64,000 nucleotides of DNA, from NCBI GenBank assembly GCA_028871195.1, contig JAGWNT010000005.1, positions 947-64,946 of the forward strand, written 5' to 3'. The notes beneath the pieces are model-generated. The model was not told the DNA's origin. It saw only the letters and a list, made by a program, of their open reading frames with translations, and did no database searches. This DNA is from Rhodospirillales bacterium (lineage in GTDB: Bacteria; Pseudomonadota; Alphaproteobacteria; Acetobacterales; Acetobacteraceae). Below, one piece after another: positions 39,047-51,830 of this stretch (the stretch's first letter is position 1; the number at the start of each line of letters is the position of its first letter). The position numbers were made by a program, and so were the translations under genes.

Positions 39047-40032
39047 CGGGCGGGGCCAGCGGGCATGTTCCGGTGATGCTGCGCGAGGTGCTCGGCCAGC
39101 TCGCGCCGCGTGACGGCGGCATCTATCTCGACGGCACCTTCGGCGGCGGCGGCTACGCGGCGGCGATCCTGGGTGCTGCGCGCTGCACGCTGTGGGCGAT
39201 CGACCGCGACCCGGCGGCGATCGCGCGCGGCGCCGCCCTCGCCGCCCGCTACCCCGGCAGGCTGCACCTGCTGCAAGGCGATTTCGGCTCCATGCTGGAG
39301 CTGCTCGGCGGGCAGGGCGTCACGCAGCTTGACGGCGTGGTGCTCGATCTCGGCGTCTCCTCCTATCAGATCGACGACCCGGCGCGCGGCTTCAGCTTCC
39401 GCTTCGACGGGCCGCTGGACATGCGCATGAGCGGCAGCGGCGAGACCGCGGCCGATCTCGTCAACCGCCTCGGCGAGGGCGAGCTGGCAGACATCCTCTA
39501 CGAGTTCGGCGAGGAGCGCCGCTCGCGGCGGATCGCCCACGCCATCGTCGCCGCCCGCGCCATCACGCCCATCACCACCACCGCGGAGCTTGCGCGCATC
39601 ATCCGAACCGTGGTGCCGCCCGACCGCTCGGGCATCGACCCGGCGACCCGCAGCTTCCAGGCCCTGCGCATCCGGGTGAATGACGAGCTTGGCCAGATCG
39701 ACCGCGCGCTGGCGCAGGCGGCAAGCCTGCTCGCGCCGGGTGGGCGGCTCGTCGTGGTCGCCTTCCATTCGCTGGAGGACCGCCTGGTCAAGCGCTTCAT
39801 GGTCGAGCAGGCCGGCCGGGCGCCCGCCGCCTCGCGCCACGACCCGGCCGGCATGGTGGCGCGCGCGCCGAGCGCGTTCGAATTGCTGACCGCCCGCGCG
39901 CTGCGCCCGGGCGACGACGAGATGGCGGCCAACCCGCGCGCCCGCAGCGCGCGGCTGCGGGCCTTGCAGCGCCACGCCGCCGCTTCACCTGCTCCCGCAT
40001 TGCCCGCGATCGGCGAGGAAGCCGCGCCATGA
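39043..40032 (+). CDS. rsmH: 16S rRNA m4C1402 methyltransferase
   Basis: [34 protein letters not shown] and NPRARSA. Confidence 0.96.
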   Translation: MTGGASGHVPVMLREVLGQLAPRDGGIYLDGTFGGGGYAAAILGAARCTLWAIDRDPAAIARGAALAARYPGRLHLLQGDFGSMLELLGGQGVTQLDGVVLDLGVSSYQIDDPARGFSFRFDGPLDMRMSGSGETAADLVNRLGEGELADILYEFGEERRSRRIAHAIVAARAITPITTTAELARIIRTVVPPDRSGIDPATRSFQALRIRVNDELGQIDRALAQAASLLAPGGRLVVVAFHSLEDRLVKRFMVEQAGRAPAASRHDPAGMVARAPSAFELLTARALRPGDDEMAANPRARSARLRALQRHAAASPAPALPAIGEEAAP

Positions 40033-40895
40033 TCCGACCGGTCACCTTCATCTGCCTGGCCGTCGCCGCCGGTTCCGGGCTCTATGTCTATCAGGTCAAG
40101 CACCACACGCTGGTGCTCGATCGCCAGATCACGGCAACGCTGCGCGCGGCCGACGCGGCGCGCAACCGCGCCGGATTGCTGCGGGCGGAATACGCCCTGC
40201 TCAACGATCCCTCGCGCCTCGGCGATCTCGCCGGCAAGCTGCTGCCCGCGCTGCAAACCACCGCGCCGACGCAATTCTCCACCTGGGCCGATCTCGAACG
40301 CCGCCTGCCCGCCATCGGCGCGCCGCCCGCCGCCGCGTCGGCGCCGCTGGAAGCCGCGGCACCCGCCGCCCATCTGCCGGTGCCGACCGCCGCAGCCCCG
40401 GCCGCCATCCCCGCTTCGCCGCCCACCCATGGGACGGGCAGCGCGATTGCCGCGGCACCGGCCGCAACGCCACCTACGCCGCCAGCCGCGCCGCCCGGCG
40501 GGGCGCCCGCCGGCGCGCGCACCGGTACCGCGGCGCTGGTCGCGCAGGCAGCGCCCCATCCGCCGGCGCATCCCCAGCCGGCGGCCAACCTCCAGGCCAT
40601 CCTGCAGGCGGCGCTGCATGACCACCAGCGCATGGCGGCGGCGCCGCAACCCGCCCGTCTCGCCGCCGCCCCGGCGCATCTGCCGCCCGCCGCCCCGCGC
40701 CCTCGCATCCAGCCGGTGGCGCTGCCGGTGCACCCGCGCCCGACGGCGCCGGCCATCCACGCGACCGAGGTGCTGGCGCGCGCCGATGCACCGGTGTCCC
40801 GGCCGACGCAATTCGTCGGCTCGGCCCTCGGCATGGCGCGGGTGATGACGCCGACGCCGGCGGTCGGCACCGTGCCCTATGGCGGCAACCGATGA
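40029..40895 (+). CDS. ftsL: Cell division protein FtsL with a long Pro/Ala-rich C-terminal extension
   Basis: Located between rsmH and ftsI; TM helix, LYVYQVK and coiled coil ending [14 protein letters not shown]. Confidence 0.8.
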   Translation: MIRPVTFICLAVAAGSGLYVYQVKHHTLVLDRQITATLRAADAARNRAGLLRAEYALLNDPSRLGDLAGKLLPALQTTAPTQFSTWADLERRLPAIGAPPAAASAPLEAAAPAAHLPVPTAAAPAAIPASPPTHGTGSAIAAAPAATPPTPPAAPPGGAPAGARTGTAALVAQAAPHPPAHPQPAANLQAILQAALHDHQRMAAAPQPARLAAAPAHLPPAAPRPRIQPVALPVHPRPTAPAIHATEVLARADAPVSRPTQFVGSALGMARVMTPTPAVGTVPYGGNR

Positions 40896-42928
40896 GCACG
40901 CGGCGCACCGGCGGGCCTGACGAGCCGCCCCGCGACGGCGAGCCCGCCGACCACCCCGCCGAGGATCGCGCGCCCCCCTCGCCCTCGAGCCCCGCGCGGC
41001 GCTTCGGCGCGCCGCCCTCGGCGAGCATTCCGCGCATGGAGCATGTGCGCCTGACCGCGCCCGACCTCGCGCGCCGGGCGGCCATGGAAAAGACACGCGG
41101 GCGGCTGGTGGTGGCCGCCGCCGGCTTTGCCCTGCTCTTCACCGCCGTCGCGCTGAAGCTCGCCGACGCAACGGTGATCGACCCGCTGCGCCCGCCGCCG
41201 GTGGTGGCCATGCGCCGGCCCGACCCGCCGCCCCCGCCGGGCAGCCTGACCTCGCTGGTGGCGGCCAATGTCGATCTCGGCCGGCCCGCCTCGCGCGCCA
41301 CCATCGAGGACCGTAACGGCCAGATCCTCGCGATCTCGCTGCCGACCGCGAGCGTGTTCGCCAACCCGCATGAGATCTTCGACCCCGCCGGGGCGGCTCG
41401 CGCCCTCAAATCCGTCCTGCCCGATCTCGACGAGGCGCTGACCACAAAACGTCTCGCCGATCAGAGCCACCAATTCGTCTATATCGCGCGCCAGATCACG
41501 CCCCGGCAGGAACTGCGCATCAACGCGCTGGGAATTCCGGGCGTCGATTTCGAACACACCGAGCGGCGGCGCTACCCGCTCGGCCGCACCGCCGCCCAGG
41601 TGCTGGGCGGCGTCGATGTGGATGGTCACGGCGTGGCCGGGGTGGAGCGCTTCTTCGACGCGCGGCTGCGCCGCGATCCCCAGCCGCTGCGCCTCGCCCT
41701 CGATGTGCGCGTGCAGGCCGTGGTGCGCGACGAATTGTCGCGCGCGATGGACGAGTTCCAGGCCATCGGCGCCTGCGGCATCGTGATGGACGTGCGCACC
41801 GGCGAGGTGATCGCGATGGTCAGCCTGCCGGATTACGACGCCAACGATGTCGGCCATGCCAGCCCCGATGAACGGTTCAACCGCGCGGTGACCGGGATGT
41901 ACGAGCCGGGCAGCACCTTCAAGCTGCAAACCGCCTCGATGGCGCTCAACGACAATGTGGTGCACATCTGGAACGGTTTCGACGCCTCCAGCCCGATCCA
42001 TATCGGCCGCTTCACCATCACCGATTTCGAGGGCAAGCACCGCTGGCTCTATCTGCCGGAAATCCTTGCCTACTCCTCCAATATCGGCGCGGCCAAGATG
42101 GCCGAGGCGGTCGGCGCCCACCGCCAGCAGGCCTGGCTCTATCGCATGGGCATGCTCTCGCGCCTCGGCATCGAGCTGCCGGAGGCGGGCATGCCGCTGG
42201 TGCCGCCGCTGTCGAACTGGAAGGAGATCGCGACGCTGACCATCGGCTTCGGGCACGGCATCGCCGTCTCGCCGCTGCATATCGTCACCGGCACCGCCGC
42301 GGTGGCCAATGGCGGCACGCTGTTCCGCCCGACCATCCTCGCCCAGGATAGCGAGTCCGCGCCGCGCCAGGGCTTTCGCGTGATGCGGCCGGACACTTCG
42401 GACATCATGCGCAAGCTGATGCGCCTCGTGGTGACCGACGGCTACGGCAAGCCGGCCGACGTGCCGGGCTATTTCGTCGGCGGCAAGACGGGAACCGCGG
42501 AGAAGGCGAGCAAGCACGGCTACCACAAGCACGCCAACGTCTCGGCCTTCATGAGCGCCTTCCCGATGAACGCGCCGCATTACGCGGTCTACATGATGCT
42601 GGACGACCCCAAGGGGAACGCCGCCACGCATGGCTATTCCACCGGCGGCTGGGTGAGCGCGCCGGCGGCCGGGCGGGTGATCGCCCGCATCGGGCCCATG
42701 CTCGGGCTGCTGCCGCAGCTCGACAACGCCGCCGAAATCCAGGCAAGCCTCGCCATTCCGCTGGAGCCGGGCGTGCCGCCCGGGGCGACCGGTTCGCTGC
42801 CGCCGCGCGGGCTGGTGCCGCTGGTCACGCGCGCGGCCAATCCGCCGCCGCCGGTGGTGTCGGCCTTTCCGCCGCATGATTACCGCCACCAGGCCAGCCT
42901 CGTGACGCCCGCCATTGCGTTGCATTGA
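40892..42928 (+). CDS. ftsI: Division transpeptidase PBP3
   Basis: RATIEDRNG, YEPGSTFK (SxxK), SSN and GGKTGTA. Confidence 0.95.
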   Translation: MSTRRTGGPDEPPRDGEPADHPAEDRAPPSPSSPARRFGAPPSASIPRMEHVRLTAPDLARRAAMEKTRGRLVVAAAGFALLFTAVALKLADATVIDPLRPPPVVAMRRPDPPPPPGSLTSLVAANVDLGRPASRATIEDRNGQILAISLPTASVFANPHEIFDPAGAARALKSVLPDLDEALTTKRLADQSHQFVYIARQITPRQELRINALGIPGVDFEHTERRRYPLGRTAAQVLGGVDVDGHGVAGVERFFDARLRRDPQPLRLALDVRVQAVVRDELSRAMDEFQAIGACGIVMDVRTGEVIAMVSLPDYDANDVGHASPDERFNRAVTGMYEPGSTFKLQTASMALNDNVVHIWNGFDASSPIHIGRFTITDFEGKHRWLYLPEILAYSSNIGAAKMAEAVGAHRQQAWLYRMGMLSRLGIELPEAGMPLVPPLSNWKEIATLTIGFGHGIAVSPLHIVTGTAAVANGGTLFRPTILAQDSESAPRQGFRVMRPDTSDIMRKLMRLVVTDGYGKPADVPGYFVGGKTGTAEKASKHGYHKHANVSAFMSAFPMNAPHYAVYMMLDDPKGNAATHGYSTGGWVSAPAAGRVIARIGPMLGLLPQLDNAAEIQASLAIPLEPGVPPGATGSLPPRGLVPLVTRAANPPPPVVSAFPPHDYRHQASLVTPAIALH

Positions 42929-44372
42929 CATCATGCGCGCCCTGCCCGAGCTGCGCACGGGCGGCATGACGGGACTCGAACTCTGTGGCGTCACCGCCGA
43001 TAGCCGCCGCGTCGGGCCCGGCTTCCTGTTCGCCGCCCTGCCCGGCGAAAAGCTCGACGGGCGGGCCTTCATCGCCGAAGCGGTGGAGCGCGGCGCCGCC
43101 GCCGTGCTGGCGCCGGACGGCACGGACTGGCCGGCCGGCGTGCCGCCGCGCCCCCTGCTGCACGACCCGCAGCCGCGCCGCCGCCTCGCCCAGATCGCCG
43201 CCGTGCTGGCCGGGCCGCAGCCGGCCGTCATCGTCGCCATCACCGGCACCAACGGCAAGACCAGCACGGCGGAGTTCCTGCGCCAGCTCTGGGCGCTGGG
43301 GGACCAGAAGGCGGCGAGCCTGGGCACGCTCGGGCTGGTGGCGCCGGGCTTCGACGCGGGGCCGGGCCTGACCACGCCGGACCCGGTGGCGCTGGCCGAG
43401 ACGCTGGCCATGCTGGCGCGCGCCGGCATCGGCCATGCCGCGATGGAGGCCTCCTCGCACGGCCTGCAGCAATTCCGCCTCGATGGCGTGCGGCTGTCGG
43501 CCGGCGGCTTCACCAACCTCACGCGCGACCATCTCGACTATCACGGCACCATGGCGGCCTATCGCGCCGCCAAGCTGCGGCTGTTCGACGCGCTGCTGCC
43601 CGCCGGCGCGCCGGCGGTGGCGAGCACAAGCCTCGATGCCGAGAGCCTTGCCGCCCTGCACGACATCGCCGCCCACCGCCGCCTCGATGTGCGGGTGGTC
43701 GGCGCCGGCGGCGATGCCATCGATCTGCTGCGCGCGACACCGCGCGCCGACGGGCAGGTGCTGGAGATCGCCGCCGAGGGCGTGCGGCGCGAGATCGCCG
43801 TGGCGCTGCCCGGGCGCTTCCAGGCCGACAACGTGCTCGTCGCCGCCGCCCTGGCCCAGGCGACCGGATTGCGGGACCCGTTCGACCGGCTGGGCGGGCT
43901 GGTCGGCGTGCGGGGGCGGATGGAGCTCGCCGCGCGGCTGGCCAACGGGGCCACGATCTACGTGGACTACGCCCACACCCCCGATGCGCTGCAACGGCTG
44001 CTTGTCGCGCTGCGCCCCCATGCGAGCGGCCGGCTGCATGTGGTATTCGGCGCCGGCGGCGACCGCGACCGCGGCAAGCGCCCGCTGATGGGCGAGGCCG
44101 CCGCCCGGCTGGCGGACCGCGTCATCGTCACCGACGACAATCCGCGCAGCGAGGATCCGGCCGCGATCCGCGCCGCGATCCGCGCCGCCTGCCCCGCCGC
44201 CACCGAAATCGGCGACCGCGCGGCGGCGATCGCGGCGGCGATGAGCGACCTCGGTCCGGGCGACGTGCTGGCCGTCGCAGGCAAGGGCCATGAGCAGGGG
44301 CAGGTGGTCGGCACCGTCACGCTGCCCTTCGACGACGTGGCGACGGTACGCCGCCTGGCGGGCCTGGCATGA
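42915..44372 (+). CDS. murE: UDP-MurNAc-L-Ala-D-Glu:meso-DAP ligase
   Basis: GTNGKTS, MEASSHG, DHLDYH, DYAHTPD and DNPR (meso-DAP motif). Start may be ATG 42933. Confidence 0.95.
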   Translation: MRCIDIMRALPELRTGGMTGLELCGVTADSRRVGPGFLFAALPGEKLDGRAFIAEAVERGAAAVLAPDGTDWPAGVPPRPLLHDPQPRRRLAQIAAVLAGPQPAVIVAITGTNGKTSTAEFLRQLWALGDQKAASLGTLGLVAPGFDAGPGLTTPDPVALAETLAMLARAGIGHAAMEASSHGLQQFRLDGVRLSAGGFTNLTRDHLDYHGTMAAYRAAKLRLFDALLPAGAPAVASTSLDAESLAALHDIAAHRRLDVRVVGAGGDAIDLLRATPRADGQVLEIAAEGVRREIAVALPGRFQADNVLVAAALAQATGLRDPFDRLGGLVGVRGRMELAARLANGATIYVDYAHTPDALQRLLVALRPHASGRLHVVFGAGGDRDRGKRPLMGEAAARLADRVIVTDDNPRSEDPAAIRAAIRAACPAATEIGDRAAAIAAAMSDLGPGDVLAVAGKGHEQGQVVGTVTLPFDDVATVRRLAGLA

Positions 44373-45754
44373 GCGCGCTGTGGGAGGCCGGCGAGTTGCG
44401 CGCCGCCACGGAGGGCATGCTGCGGGTGCCCTTCGCGGCGGGCGGCGTTTCCATCGACAGCCGTACGCTCAAACCGGGCGATCTGTTCGTCGCCCTGGTC
44501 GGCGAGAACGGCGACGGGCACGCCCATGTCGCCGCCGCCTTCGCCGCCGGCGCCGCCGGCGCGATGGTCCACCGCCTGCCCGACGGCGTCGGCGACGGCG
44601 CGCGGCTGCTGCTCGTCGGCGACACGCTGGAAGCGCTGCGGGGCCTGGCGGCCTTCGCGCGGGCGCGCTTTTCCGGCCGGCTCGTGGCGGTCACCGGCAG
44701 CGTCGGCAAGACCACGACGAAGGAGATGCTGCGCACCATGCTGGTCGCGCAGGGGCACACCTGGGCGGCGGAGGCCTCGCACAACAACCAGTGGGGCGTG
44801 CCGCTGACGCTCGCCCGCCTGTCGCGGCGGGCGGCGTATTGCGTGGTCGAGATCGGCATGAACCATGCGGGCGAGATCTCGCCGCTGGCCCGTCTCTCGC
44901 GGCCGCATGTCGGCGTCATCACCAATATCGAGCGCAGCCATGTCGGCCATCTCGGCAGCGTCGAGGCCATCGCCGACGAGAAGGCCACGCTCCTCGACGG
45001 GCTCGAGCCCGGCGGCATCGCCGTGCTGCCGGCCGATTCGCCGTATCTCGACCGGCTGCGCGCCCGGGCCGGCGCCGTGCGGCTGTTCGGCGCCGCCGCC
45101 GGGGCCGATGCGCGGCTGGACGGGCTGGCGGCGGATGCCGAGGGCAGCGACGTTTCCGCCACCCTGCATGGCCGCGCCCTGACTTTCCGCCTCGGCGCGC
45201 CGGGACGGCACATGGCCATCAACGCGCTCGCCGCCCTGCTCGCCGCCGAGGCGCTGGGGGCGGATGTGGACCGCGCGGCGGCGGCGCTTGCCGGTTTCTC
45301 CGCCGTGGCCGGGCGCGGCGCGCGGCGGCACATCGCCGTTGCCGGCGGTGCGGCGCTGCTGCTTGACGAAAGCTACAATGCCTCGACCGCCTCGGTGCGC
45401 GCCGCCCTCGCCGTTCTGGCGCTGCAGCCGGCGTCGCGGCGGATCGCGGTTCTGGGCGACATGCTGGAGCTGGGCGAGAGCGGCCCGGCCGAGCATGTGG
45501 GCCTGGCGGCGGACATTGCCGCCAATGCAGACCTGCTTTTTGCCTGCGGCCCATTGATGCAGGGCGCGTTTGCCGCCATTCCCCCGCGGCAGCGCGGTGC
45601 CCACGCGCCCGATTCGGCGGCCCTGGCCCCGATCGTGGCGGGTGCCGTGCGCCCGGGCGATGCGATTCTGGTGAAGGGCAGCCTGGGCAGCCGCATGCGC
45701 CGCATCGTCGCGGCATTGGAGGCGACGACGGACAGCAGGGGCACGGCCGCATGA
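44369..45754 (+). CDS. murF: UDP-MurNAc-tripeptide:D-Ala-D-Ala ligase
   Basis: [29 protein letters not shown] and VKGS. Confidence 0.95.
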   Translation: MSALWEAGELRAATEGMLRVPFAAGGVSIDSRTLKPGDLFVALVGENGDGHAHVAAAFAAGAAGAMVHRLPDGVGDGARLLLVGDTLEALRGLAAFARARFSGRLVAVTGSVGKTTTKEMLRTMLVAQGHTWAAEASHNNQWGVPLTLARLSRRAAYCVVEIGMNHAGEISPLARLSRPHVGVITNIERSHVGHLGSVEAIADEKATLLDGLEPGGIAVLPADSPYLDRLRARAGAVRLFGAAAGADARLDGLAADAEGSDVSATLHGRALTFRLGAPGRHMAINALAALLAAEALGADVDRAAAALAGFSAVAGRGARRHIAVAGGAALLLDESYNASTASVRAALAVLALQPASRRIAVLGDMLELGESGPAEHVGLAADIAANADLLFACGPLMQGAFAAIPPRQRGAHAPDSAALAPIVAGAVRPGDAILVKGSLGSRMRRIVAALEATTDSRGTAA

Positions 45755-46839
45755 TCTTCAACCTCATCCGGCTGCTCAATGAGCATTTCCCGCTCTCCAA
45801 CCTGTTCCGCTACCTGACCTTCCGCTCGGGTGCGGCCTGCATGACCGCGCTGGTGCTGAGCCTGGTGTTCGGCAGCGGGTTGATCCGCTGGCTGAAATCG
45901 ATCCAGGGCTCGGGCCAGCCGATCCGCCCCGACGGCCCGGAGCGCCACCTCGTCGAGAAGCAGGGCACGCCCACCATGGGCGGCGTGCTGATCCTCTCGA
46001 CGCTGACGGTCTCGACGCTGCTCTGGGCCGATCTGCGCAGCGGCTATGTGTGGGCGGTCCTGCTGCTGACGCTGGGCTATGGCGCGCTCGGCTTCGTCGA
46101 CGATTTCATCAAGCTCACCAAATCGAGCCATCACGGCCTGTCGGCGCGCGGCAAGCTGATCGGGCAGGTGGCGCTCGGCCTGATCGCGGCATTCTGGATT
46201 TCGCGCCTGACGCACGGGCCGCTCGGCACCGGGGTGACACTGCCGGTGTTCAAGGAGGTGCTGATCCCGCTTGGGATCTTCTTCCCGGTCTTCGGCATGT
46301 TCGTCATGCTCGGCTTCTCCAACGCGGTGAACCTGACGGACGGGCTGGACGGGCTGGCGATCGTGCCGACCATCATCGCCGCCGGCGTCTTCGCGCTGAT
46401 CGCCTATCTCGTCGGCAACCGCGTCTTCGCCGACTACCTGCAACTCAATCTCGTGCCCGGCGTGGGCGAGCTGGGCGTGTTCTGCTCGGCCCTGATCGGC
46501 GCGGGGCTCGGGTTCCTGTGGTTCAACGCGCCGCCGGCGGCGGTGTTCATGGGCGATACCGGGGCGCTGGCGCTGGGCGGCGCGCTCGGCGCGGTGGCGG
46601 TCGCCGTGAAGCATGAGATCGTCCTCGGCATCGTCGGCGGGCTGTTCGTCGTCGAGCTCGCCTCCTCGCTGATCCAGGTGTTCTGGTACAAACGCACGAA
46701 GCGGCGGGTCTTCCTGATGGCGCCGCTGCACCACCATTTCGAGAAGAAGGGCTGGTCGGAGCCGACCATCGTCATCCGCTTCTGGATCATCGCCATGATC
46801 CTCGCCCTGGTCGGGCTGGCGACGTTGAAGATCCGATGA
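45751..46839 (+). CDS. mraY: Phospho-MurNAc-pentapeptide transferase
   Basis: [25 protein letters not shown] and APLHHHFE. Confidence 0.97.
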   Translation: MIFNLIRLLNEHFPLSNLFRYLTFRSGAACMTALVLSLVFGSGLIRWLKSIQGSGQPIRPDGPERHLVEKQGTPTMGGVLILSTLTVSTLLWADLRSGYVWAVLLLTLGYGALGFVDDFIKLTKSSHHGLSARGKLIGQVALGLIAAFWISRLTHGPLGTGVTLPVFKEVLIPLGIFFPVFGMFVMLGFSNAVNLTDGLDGLAIVPTIIAAGVFALIAYLVGNRVFADYLQLNLVPGVGELGVFCSALIGAGLGFLWFNAPPAAVFMGDTGALALGGALGAVAVAVKHEIVLGIVGGLFVVELASSLIQVFWYKRTKRRVFLMAPLHHHFEKKGWSEPTIVIRFWIIAMILALVGLATLKIR

Positions 46840-48155
46840 TGTTCCCTGCCACCATCTTTGCGGGCCAACGTTTCGCCGTGGTCGGGCTGGGGCGCAACGG
46901 GCTGCCGGCGGCGCGGGCGCTGCGCGCGATGGGGGCCGACGTCGTGGCGTGGGATGACCGCGCCGAAATCCGGGCGGCGGCGGGCGACCTCACGCTGGCC
47001 ATGCCGGCGATGGCCGGGCTCGACGCGCTGGTGCTCTCGCCGGGGATTGCGCACCGGCTGCCGGCGCCGCATCCGCTTGCGGCCGCGGCACTGGCCGCGC
47101 ATGTGCCGATCCTGTCCGATGCCGAGCTGCTCTTCCGCGCGGTGCGGGCCGCCGGGTCGCGTGCGCGTTTCGTCGGCATCACCGGCACCAACGGCAAATC
47201 GACCACCACGGCGCTGCTCGCCCATATCGTCGAGACCGCCGGCATGAAGGTGGCCGCCGGCGGCAATCTCGGCACCGCGGCGCTGGCGCTGCCGCTGCTG
47301 CCGGATGACGGCGTCTATGTGCTGGAGATGTCCTCCTACATGTTGGAGCGACTCGCGCGCCTCGCCTTCGATGTGGCGGTGATGCTGAATCTTTCGCCCG
47401 ATCATCTCGACCGGCACGGCGACATGGCGGGCTATGCTGCGGCCAAGCGGCATGTGTTCGACCGTCAGGGCGCGGCCGCGACCGCTGTGCTGGGCTGCGA
47501 GGATTCGTGGTCCCTCGAGATGGCCGCTGCGCTCGCGCGTGACGGCGCGGCGCGGGTGGTGCGCATTCATGCCGACCCGCCGCTTGCCGCACTGGCCGAC
47601 GCGCGGGCCCTGCCGGGCGCGCACAACGCGCAGAACGCCGCCGCCGCCGCCGCGGCGGCATCCGCGCTGGGCATCGCACAGGCGGATATCGATGCCGGCA
47701 TCAGAAGCTTTCCCGGCCTGCCGCATCGGCAGGAGCGCGTGGGCGAAGCGCGCGGCGTGGCCTTCGTCAATGACAGCAAGGCGACCAATGCCGATTCGAC
47801 CGCCCGCGCGCTGGGCTGCTACGCGCGGGTGGTGTGGATCGCCGGCGGCATGGCCAAGGAAGGCGGCATCGAATCGCTCGCGCCGTATTTCCCCCGTGTC
47901 GCGCTGGCCCTGCTGATCGGGCGCGACGCGCCGATCCTGGCGGAAACGCTGGCCGCGCACGGTGTCGCGCACCGCATCGTCGGCACGCTGGAGGCCGCGG
48001 TGGCGCAAGGCTGGGCGGCGGCGCGGGACGGCGCAGCCGACACCGTGCTGCTGTCGCCGGCCTGCGCCAGCTGGGACCAGTTCACCGGCTTCGACCAGCG
48101 CGGCGACCGCTTCCGCGCGCTGGCCGAGGCCATCGTGGCGAAGGAGGCACGCTGA
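46836..48155 (+). CDS. murD: UDP-MurNAc-L-Ala:D-Glu ligase
   Basis: [26 protein letters not shown] and [12 protein letters not shown]. Confidence 0.95.
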   Translation: MMFPATIFAGQRFAVVGLGRNGLPAARALRAMGADVVAWDDRAEIRAAAGDLTLAMPAMAGLDALVLSPGIAHRLPAPHPLAAAALAAHVPILSDAELLFRAVRAAGSRARFVGITGTNGKSTTTALLAHIVETAGMKVAAGGNLGTAALALPLLPDDGVYVLEMSSYMLERLARLAFDVAVMLNLSPDHLDRHGDMAGYAAAKRHVFDRQGAAATAVLGCEDSWSLEMAAALARDGAARVVRIHADPPLAALADARALPGAHNAQNAAAAAAAASALGIAQADIDAGIRSFPGLPHRQERVGEARGVAFVNDSKATNADSTARALGCYARVVWIAGGMAKEGGIESLAPYFPRVALALLIGRDAPILAETLAAHGVAHRIVGTLEAAVAQGWAAARDGAADTVLLSPACASWDQFTGFDQRGDRFRALAEAIVAKEAR

Positions 48156-49288
48156 TGCCCGCATTGTCGCGTGCCGACACCTCACTGCTCGGGCGCTGGT
48201 GGTGGACGGTGGATCGCTGGACGCTGCTGGCGATCGGCAGCCTGATCGGCTTCGGCTACATCATGATGCTGGCGGCGAGCCCGGCGGTGGCAGAGCGCAT
48301 CCATGTGCCGCGCGACATCTTCATCCTCAAGCAGGTCTTCTTCCTGGCCGTCGCCGGCAGCATCGTCGTCTCGCTCAGCATGCTCTCGCCGCGCGGCGTT
48401 CGGCGGGTGGCGCTGGCCGGTTGCGTGCTGGCGCTTCTGCTGACGGCGCTGACGATGGTGGCGGGCGTGGAGATCAAGGGCGCGCGGCGCTGGATCGCGT
48501 TGCCGGGATTCTCCGTCCAGCCCAGCGAGTTCCTCAAGCCCTGCTTCGCCGTCGTGGCGGCCTGGCTGATCGCCGAAGGCCGGCGCAACCGCGCGGCATT
48601 CGGGCGCGTCCCCGGCATGCTGCTGGCCTTCGTGGTCTATGGCATGATCGTGCTGCTGCTGAAATCGCAGCCCGATATCGGCATGCTCGCCGTCGTCACC
48701 GGCGTCTTCTTCATCCAGCTCTTCGTCTCCGGCGTGAACCTCGCCTTCATCGGCATGGGGGCAGCCGGCATGGTCGGCATGGCGGCGATGGCCTACGTGT
48801 TCTTCGCCCATGTGCGCAGCCGCGTCACCCGCTTCCTGCATCCGGCCATCGGCGACCATTTCCAGGTCAATCACGCATTGGAGGCGTTCGGCAATGGCGG
48901 GCTGCTCGGGCGCGGGCCGGGCGAGGGCCATGTCAAGGACACCATTCCCGACGCCCATGCCGATTTCGTCTTCGCCGTCGCCGGCGAGGAGTTCGGCCTG
49001 ATCATCTGCCTCATCATCATCGGGATCTTCGCCTTCATCGTGCTGCGCGGCCTGCTGCGGGCCCTGGCCGATGGCGACCTGTTCGTCGTCCTCGCGGTGA
49101 CCGGCCTCGCCGCCGGCTTCGGCCTGCAGGCCTTCGTCAACATGGGCTCGACGCTGGATCTCATTCCCACCAAGGGCATGACGCTGCCGTTCATTTCCTA
49201 TGGCGGCTCCTCGGCGGTCGCGGTCGCGGTGGGCATCGGCATGCTGCTGGCGCTGACGCGCCGGCGCCACCCGGGCGAAGCGCCGTGA
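48155..49288 (+). CDS. ftsW: Peptidoglycan glycosyltransferase FtsW
   Basis: [30 protein letters not shown] and [13 protein letters not shown]. Confidence 0.95.
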   Translation: MPALSRADTSLLGRWWWTVDRWTLLAIGSLIGFGYIMMLAASPAVAERIHVPRDIFILKQVFFLAVAGSIVVSLSMLSPRGVRRVALAGCVLALLLTALTMVAGVEIKGARRWIALPGFSVQPSEFLKPCFAVVAAWLIAEGRRNRAAFGRVPGMLLAFVVYGMIVLLLKSQPDIGMLAVVTGVFFIQLFVSGVNLAFIGMGAAGMVGMAAMAYVFFAHVRSRVTRFLHPAIGDHFQVNHALEAFGNGGLLGRGPGEGHVKDTIPDAHADFVFAVAGEEFGLIICLIIIGIFAFIVLRGLLRALADGDLFVVLAVTGLAAGFGLQAFVNMGSTLDLIPTKGMTLPFISYGGSSAVAVAVGIGMLLALTRRRHPGEAP

Positions 49289-50394
49289 GGGGCCCGGCAG
49301 TGCGCCCCGTGGTCATCGCCGCAGGCGGCACGGGCGGGCATTTCTTCCCCGCCGAGGCGTTGGCCGCGGAGCTGGTCCGGCGCGGCCAGCGCGTCGTGCT
49401 GATGACCGACGCGCGATCGGGCGGCCTCGCGAGCGGCACCTTCGAGGGGCGCGAACGGTTTGTCCTGGCCGGCGCCGGGCTGGCCGGGCGGGGTCTCGTG
49501 CGGGCCGCGCGGGCGGCGGCGGCGCTGGCACACGGCACGTTGCAGGCGCGGCGCATTCTCGGCCAGCTCGATGCCGCCTGCATCGTGGGCTTCGGCGGCT
49601 ATCCGAGCGTCGCCCCCGTGCTGGCCAGCCGTCTCCTGGCGCGCCGGCCGCGGGTGGTGCTGCACGAGCAGAACGCCGTGCTCGGGCGGGCCAACCGCTT
49701 CCTCGCACGCTTCGCCGATGTGCTGGCGCTGAGCCAGGCGGCGACGCAGCGCGTGCCCGCCGGCCTGGCCCGGGAGGTGACCGGCAATCCGGTGCGCCCG
49801 GCCATCGCCGCCCTCTGCGGCGGCGGCTACACGCCGCCCGACGCGCGGATGAACCTGCTGGTGCTGGGCGGATCGCTCGGCGCGCGGGTGTTCAGCGATG
49901 TCGTGCCGCCGGCGCTGGCCCTGCTGCCGGCGGCGCTGCGGACGCGGCTTCGCGTGGTGCAGCAATGCCGCGCCGAGGATCTCGCCCGCGTCGGCGCGGC
50001 CTACGGGCAATCGGGCATCACGGCCGACCTCGCGCCGTTCTTTGCCGATGTCGCGGCCCGGCTGGCGGCGGCGCATCTGGTGATCGGGCGAGCCGGCGCA
50101 TCGAGCGTGGCCGAGCTGGGTGTCGTCGGCCGGCCGGCCATTCTGGTGCCGCTGCCCGGTGCGATCGACGACCACCAGAGCGCCAATGCCCGCGCGCTGG
50201 GCGACGGGGCCGTGGTGGTGGCGCAGCGCGATGCCACCGCCGAGGCCCTTGCCGGAAAAATCGCGGCACTGCTCGAATCCCCACCGCGACTTGCCGCCAT
50301 GGCCGCGGCGGCGGGCGCGCATGGGCGGGCCAGTGCCGCGGCGGCGCTGGCCGATCTGGTCGAGCGCGTCGCCGCCATGGAGGGCGTGGCATGA
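49285..50394 (+). CDS. murG: Lipid II GlcNAc transferase
   Basis: AGGTGGH, GFGGY, HEQNA, GNPVR, GGSLGA, RAGASS and DHQSANA. Confidence 0.95.
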   Translation: MRGPAVRPVVIAAGGTGGHFFPAEALAAELVRRGQRVVLMTDARSGGLASGTFEGRERFVLAGAGLAGRGLVRAARAAAALAHGTLQARRILGQLDAACIVGFGGYPSVAPVLASRLLARRPRVVLHEQNAVLGRANRFLARFADVLALSQAATQRVPAGLAREVTGNPVRPAIAALCGGGYTPPDARMNLLVLGGSLGARVFSDVVPPALALLPAALRTRLRVVQQCRAEDLARVGAAYGQSGITADLAPFFADVAARLAAAHLVIGRAGASSVAELGVVGRPAILVPLPGAIDDHQSANARALGDGAVVVAQRDATAEALAGKIAALLESPPRLAAMAAAAGAHGRASAAAALADLVERVAAMEGVA

Positions 50395-51830
50395 GGGCGC
50401 TGCCGCTTTCCATCGGCACCATTCATTTCGTCGGGATCGGCGGCATCGGCATGTCGGGCATCGCCGAGGTGCTGCACACGCTCGGCTATTCGGTGCAGGG
50501 CAGCGACATCTCCGACAACGCCAATGTGAAGCGCCTGCGCGAGAGCGGCATCATGGTGGCGATCGGCCATGCCGCCGGGAATCTCGGCCAGGCCCGCGTG
50601 GTGGTGACATCGACCGCGGTGAAGGCCGACAACCCCGAGGTGCAGGCCGCACGCGCACGGCTCATTCCGGTGGTGCGGCGGGCCGAGATGCTGGCCGAGC
50701 TGATGCGGCTGAAATGGTCGATCGCGGTCGGCGGTTCGCACGGCAAGACGACGACGACGAGCCTGATCGCCGCCGTGCTGGAGACCGCGCATCTCGACCC
50801 GACCGTCATCAATGGCGGCATCATCAACGCCTATGGCAGCAACACCCGTCTGGGTGCCGGCGACTGGATGGTGGTGGAGGCCGATGAGAGCGATGGCAGC
50901 TTCCTGCGCCTGCCGGCCACCATCGCCGTGGTCACCAACATGGACCCCGAGCATCTCGATCACTGGGGCACCGGGGAAGCGATGATCGCGGGCTTCCACC
51001 AGTTCGTGCAGAACATCCCCTTCTACGGCTTCGCCGTGCTGTGCATCGACCACCCCGCGGTCCAGCAGATGATCCCGCATCTGGCCGACCGGCGGGTGAT
51101 CACCTACGGCTTCAGCCCGCAGGCCGATGTGCGCGCCGAAGGGTTGAAGGCGGACAAGATGGGCGCGTCCTTCGAGGTCTATGTCAGCGACCGCGCGCGC
51201 GGGCGCGGCCGCAAGCTGGGACCGTTCCGCTTGCCCATGCTCGGCCAGCACAATGTCCAGAACGCCCTGGCCGCGGTGGCGATCGGCATCGAGATGGACA
51301 TCGACGACGCGACATTGCGCAGCGCCTTCGCCGGCTTCCGCGGCGTCAAGCGGCGCTTCACCAAGACCGGCGAGGCCGGCGGCATCACGGTGATCGACGA
51401 TTACGGCCATCATCCGGTGGAGATCGCCGCGGTGCTGAAGGCGGCCCGCCAGGCCGGCGCGCGCGACGTGGTCGCCGTGGTGCAGCCGCATCGCTACAGC
51501 CGCCTCGCCTCGCTGTTCGAGGAGTTCTGCACCTGCATGAACGATGCCGGCACGGTGATCGTGGCCGATGTCTATGCCGCCGGCGAGGCGGCGATCGCGG
51601 GCGTGTCGCGCGACGCGCTGGTCGAGGGGCTGCGCGCGCGCGGGCACCGCAGCGTGGCGCCGCTGGGCGGGCCCGAGCATCTCGCCGAAATGATCCATGC
51701 CGTGGCACGGCCTGGCGACTACGTGATCTGCCTGGGCGCCGGCACCATCACCCAATGGGCCGCCGCCCTGCCCGGCCAGCTCGCCGCCTTGCAGGCCGAA
51801 CAGGCGCGCCGCGCCGGCGGTGGCCCATGA
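50391..51830 (+). CDS. murC: UDP-MurNAc:L-Ala ligase
   Basis: [34 protein letters not shown] and QPHRYSR. Confidence 0.96.
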   Translation: MRALPLSIGTIHFVGIGGIGMSGIAEVLHTLGYSVQGSDISDNANVKRLRESGIMVAIGHAAGNLGQARVVVTSTAVKADNPEVQAARARLIPVVRRAEMLAELMRLKWSIAVGGSHGKTTTTSLIAAVLETAHLDPTVINGGIINAYGSNTRLGAGDWMVVEADESDGSFLRLPATIAVVTNMDPEHLDHWGTGEAMIAGFHQFVQNIPFYGFAVLCIDHPAVQQMIPHLADRRVITYGFSPQADVRAEGLKADKMGASFEVYVSDRARGRGRKLGPFRLPMLGQHNVQNALAAVAIGIEMDIDDATLRSAFAGFRGVKRRFTKTGEAGGITVIDDYGHHPVEIAAVLKAARQAGARDVVAVVQPHRYSRLASLFEEFCTCMNDAGTVIVADVYAAGEAAIAGVSRDALVEGLRARGHRSVAPLGGPEHLAEMIHAVARPGDYVICLGAGTITQWAAALPGQLAALQAEQARRAGGGP

